In this document: positions 58,877-61,067 of the stretch, piece after piece
How positions within the stretch are numbered: position 1 is the first letter of the stretch
How the letters are laid out: each line of letters begins with the position of its first letter
Virus record (IMG/VR): IMGVR_UViG_3300042882_001139
Location: 62,001-123,067 of that record
Direction: 5' to 3' (one strand)
DNA length: 61,067 nt
DNA from: an uncultured virus (IMG/VR IMGVR_UViG_3300042882_001139)
Lineage: Duplodnaviria > Heunggongvirae > Uroviricota > Caudoviricetes
Made by a program: the position numbers and the translations under genes
The notes under the pieces: model-generated
Database searches by the model: none
What the model was told of the DNA's origin: nothing
The model's input: the letters and a program-made list of their open reading frames with translations, nothing else

Positions 58877-59136
58877 TGACGCCCAACTTTGATTTTGAAG
58901 GCCATATCGACGACGACAACCGATACGAGATGACAGATGATCTTGGCGGTGTCGAGAAACACTTGACGGTTTTTGGTTTCCTCTCCCTTAAATTCGGAAA
59001 AAAGGGTAAAACTATCTACCGGCAACTTGAGCGCATTGCAATGCGGGCGGCTGAAACGAACGGCGGTTCTCCTGGCATTCTGTTCGACAATGACGGCGGA
59101 CAATTTGTCAGTTTTCACCCAAACGAATTCGAGTAA
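58876..59136 (+). CDS. hypothetical protein
   Basis: 86 aa, AAGGA RBS. Confidence 0.55.
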   Translation: MTPNFDFEGHIDDDNRYEMTDDLGGVEKHLTVFGFLSLKFGKKGKTIYRQLERIAMRAAETNGGSPGILFDNDGGQFVSFHPNEFE

Positions 59137-59138
59137 GC

Positions 59139-59720
59139 ATGTATCTGTTTTTCGACACGGAAACTGGCGGGCTGACTCCTGACTACAGTCTGCTTACGCT
59201 GTCGGCAATTGTCACGGATGGCAAGTTCAACATTGTGCCAACGCACGGGTTTGACCCAGGTGTGTACCTGCGGTTCAAACACGCCGAATACGTGACGCAT
59301 CCGAGAGCCATGGAAGTTAACCAGATCAAACTGGCTGACAACGATGAGCATGGTTTTACGGTGGCAGAGGCCCAAGAAATTTTTCTGGCGTTTGTCAAAG
59401 AAGCCATTTCTATGAGCGGCGTCAAAAAACTTGTGCCGGCAGGGCATAACGTGCCTTTTGACATGAAGTTCATGCATGCCTATGTGATGCCGGACAAGGC
59501 GTGGCGCGACTACTTTACTCACCCGCCGCTCGACACTTGTGCTGTGGCCCGGTTTTTAATGACAGCACGTATGATTTCCGGCGGGTGTGGTTTGCCGCAT
59601 TTGCGCACGCTTTTCAACATTGAAACCGGCACGGCCCATAACGCAGAAAACGACAACCTTGCTACGATCGCTGTCGCCAAGAAGTTTCTGGAGTTATTGC
59701 CAAATGAAGTCAGAACTTGA
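59139..59720 (+). CDS. DEDDh 3'-5' exonuclease (DnaQ-like)
   Basis: ExoI FFDTETGG, ExoII GHNVPFD and ExoIII HNAEND. Confidence 0.88.
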   Translation: MYLFFDTETGGLTPDYSLLTLSAIVTDGKFNIVPTHGFDPGVYLRFKHAEYVTHPRAMEVNQIKLADNDEHGFTVAEAQEIFLAFVKEAISMSGVKKLVPAGHNVPFDMKFMHAYVMPDKAWRDYFTHPPLDTCAVARFLMTARMISGGCGLPHLRTLFNIETGTAHNAENDNLATIAVAKKFLELLPNEVRT

Positions 59721-60096
59721 GCACGAACTTGTAATGTCGTATCCCGAGTTGTTCGCGACTACGGAATTACCGCCGACAGAAAGCCTGATGTGCTTCGGCT
59801 GCGAATGCGGCGACGGCTGGTATGGCCTGATTAACGCCACGTCAGAGTTAATCAGCCTGCACATGAATAAGGTGCAGCAGGAAAATCCAGACGCAAAATT
59901 TGTCTGGGCTCAAATTAAAGAGAAGTTTGGCGGATTGCGGCTCTACCACGACGGATATTCTGACGAGTATATTTTTGGCGTGCTAAGCATGGCCCACGAG
60001 ATGTCATTAGTTACTTGTGAGGTATGCGGCAACCCCGGCAAGCAAAGATCTGGTGGTTGGATTGTGACGCAGTGCGACAGTTGTTGTAAAAAATAA
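59704..60096 (+). CDS. conserved phage hypothetical zinc-binding protein
   Basis: CGDGWYGLI...QIKEKFGGLRLY...TCEVCG...GWIVTQCDSC. Confidence 0.7.
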   Translation: MKSELEHELVMSYPELFATTELPPTESLMCFGCECGDGWYGLINATSELISLHMNKVQQENPDAKFVWAQIKEKFGGLRLYHDGYSDEYIFGVLSMAHEMSLVTCEVCGNPGKQRSGGWIVTQCDSCCKK

Positions 60097-60101
60097 GCGG
60101 T

Positions 60102-60174
60102 TGCCCGGTAGCTTAACTGGCAGAGCAAGGGATTTTGGTTCCCTCGGTTGTAGGTTCGAATCCTACCCGGGCAT
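60102..60174 (+). tRNA. tRNA-Gln(UUG)
   Basis: TGCCCGG/CCGGGCA acceptor, AGGGA-TTTTGGT-TCCCT anticodon arm, GGTTCGAATCC T-arm. Confidence 0.9.
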
Positions 60175-60177
60175 TAA

Positions 60178-60267
60178 GCCGATGGTGTTCTAAACACGGT
60201 CCCGTCTAATGACTGACACCCTACTGGCGAAATACGTGACGGCGGTGATGGTAGGGCAGTTCTCGGC
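60178..60267 (+). ncRNA. candidate structured RNA between two tRNA genes
   Basis: GCCGA/TCGGC closing stem; GTGTT/AACAC, ACTG/CAGT, CCCTAC/GTAGGG; possible CCGTC/GACGG pseudoknot. Confidence 0.4.
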
Positions 60268-60270
60268 ACA

Positions 60271-60340
60271 ACTAGTGTAGCTCAGTGGTAGAGCGCCGGA
60301 TTGTATCGGCAGGTCGCGGGTTCGATTCCCGCCACTAGTT
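60271..60340 (+). tRNA. tRNA-like gene with a non-canonical, shortened anticodon arm; identity undetermined
   Basis: Perfect ACTAGTG/CACTAGT acceptor, canonical D-arm and T-arm, but anticodon region GCCGGATTGTATCGGC gives a 6-nt loop. Confidence 0.7.
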
Positions 60341-60469
60341 TTCGGAGGCTGACGTTTTAGTTATGATCGCGAGGCATATATGACATTGGTTGACGTGACG
60401 CACTGCTGTATCTCAGCGGGCGGGCTGTTAGTGATACTGTGGCTTTTGAACAGGAAATAAAAAGCAACA

Positions 60470-60658
60470 ATGAATGACAAAGAAAAACTGATTGTCGAAG
60501 CGCGCGCGGGTTTTTTTTTCGCCGAAGTTGAGCGTTTGCGGCTCACAGACGAGGAGCGGGCGGCGGTGGAGTGGTGCGTGGAGATGGCCTTGCACTCAGC
60601 CACCGATTGCGTTGCCGAGATACGCACGCTGCGGGGGCTGCTGGAGCGAATGAAGTGA
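60470..60658 (+). CDS. mini-ORF ending in the LTDEER..AVEW..TLRxLLERxK module
   Basis: 62 aa; module shared with 60684..61013. Confidence 0.55.
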   Translation: MNDKEKLIVEARAGFFFAEVERLRLTDEERAAVEWCVEMALHSATDCVAEIRTLRGLLERMK

Positions 60659-60746
60659 GAACACGCAGGATCAGGAGCATCGCATGAGTGACGAAACTAC
60701 ACCGCAGGACGACAAGGCGATGTCTCCTGCATCCGCTGGTTCTCAC
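60655..60746 (-). mobile_element. attC-like imperfect palindrome (92 bp), inverted relative to the genes
   Basis: GTGAGAAC...GTTCTCAC ends, an unpaired spacer, and paired arms with two extrahelical bases 6 bp apart. Confidence 0.55.
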
Positions 60747-61013
60747 GGGGAATCCCAACTGGAGCGGGGTGCCGAAATCGTCCACTGCGCCATGCGGTGG
60801 TATCGCGAGGGCACCACAAAGAAGTGGCAGGGCGGCAACAGTTACGCCGAAGACAGGGCGAGGCTTGCGGCGCGGAGGATTGCGAGGATTTTTCAGCCCA
60901 CGCTCACCGACGAGGAGCGGGAGGCGGTGGAGTGGGCGGAAGAACTCGCTGGAAACTGCGAAGAGTTTGATCGCGTTGACACGCTGCGCAACCTACTAGA
61001 GAGAACGAAGTGA
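60684..61013 (+). CDS. mini-ORF starting inside the attC-like element and ending in the LTDEER module
   Basis: AGGAG RBS lies in the left arm of the palindrome. Confidence 0.6.
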   Translation: MSDETTPQDDKAMSPASAGSHGESQLERGAEIVHCAMRWYREGTTKKWQGGNSYAEDRARLAARRIARIFQPTLTDEEREAVEWAEELAGNCEEFDRVDTLRNLLERTK

Positions 61014-61067
61014 CTAAAACACAATGTCAAGTTCCGTCGCAAATAAACGTGACGCTCACAGACGAGC
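61010..61067 (+). CDS. third LTDE-module ORF (3' truncated)
   Basis: GTGA overlap; MTKTQCQVPSQINVTLTDE. Confidence 0.45.
   Translation, partial: MTKTQCQVPSQINVTLTDE

Noticed and set aside
60178..60267. ZTP riboswitch or hammerhead assignment
   Set aside because: Only short partial matches (ACTGGCGAA; CTAATGA...GAAA); the other required conserved elements are missing
1..61067. Stop-codon reassignment
   Set aside because: Standard-code ORFs tile densely, and genes end in TAA, TAG and TGA with normal overlaps
1..61067. Self-targets of the array within this window
   Set aside because: None of the decoded peptides (e.g. SGxKGFHL, YSRARYFTV) was spotted in the provided ORF translations; checked by eye only, so a regex search is still needed

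Overview
A 61-kb segment of a large tailed dsDNA phage, probably a jumbo myovirus; several indirect signs point to a Planctomycetota host. Bases 1-19.3 kb hold a translationally coupled baseplate/tail operon with an embedded sigma-70 factor, five paralogous Cys-rich proteins and a Cys-repeat/collagen fibre. The rest carries a primase-like gene, a DenV-like glycosylase, a minus-strand terminase large subunit, a MoxR AAA/VWA pair, two C5-cytosine methyltransferases, two ParB-like proteins, a DEDDh exonuclease, tRNAs and many small accessory ORFs. The standout is 28.9-30.8 kb. It is a non-coding array of 11 units, each with 7-17 in-phase GGY-NN pentamers closed by a constant GGTTTTTTCTTTCAAAAC-type linker, followed by an HNH nuclease translationally coupled to a stand-alone RAMP/Cas7-like gene. 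Reading only the variable NN dinucleotides as codon positions 1-2 spells conserved protein motifs (SGSKGFHL, FSGGKGFHL, VYSRARYFTV; primase-polymerase-like). This suggests a CRISPR-like, wobble-skipping RNA-guided system aimed at other mobile elements. Also notable are an inverted attC-like hairpin among modular mini-ORFs, two aberrant tRNA-like elements and several structured intergenic sequences. All family calls come from motif recognition by eye; no database search was run.
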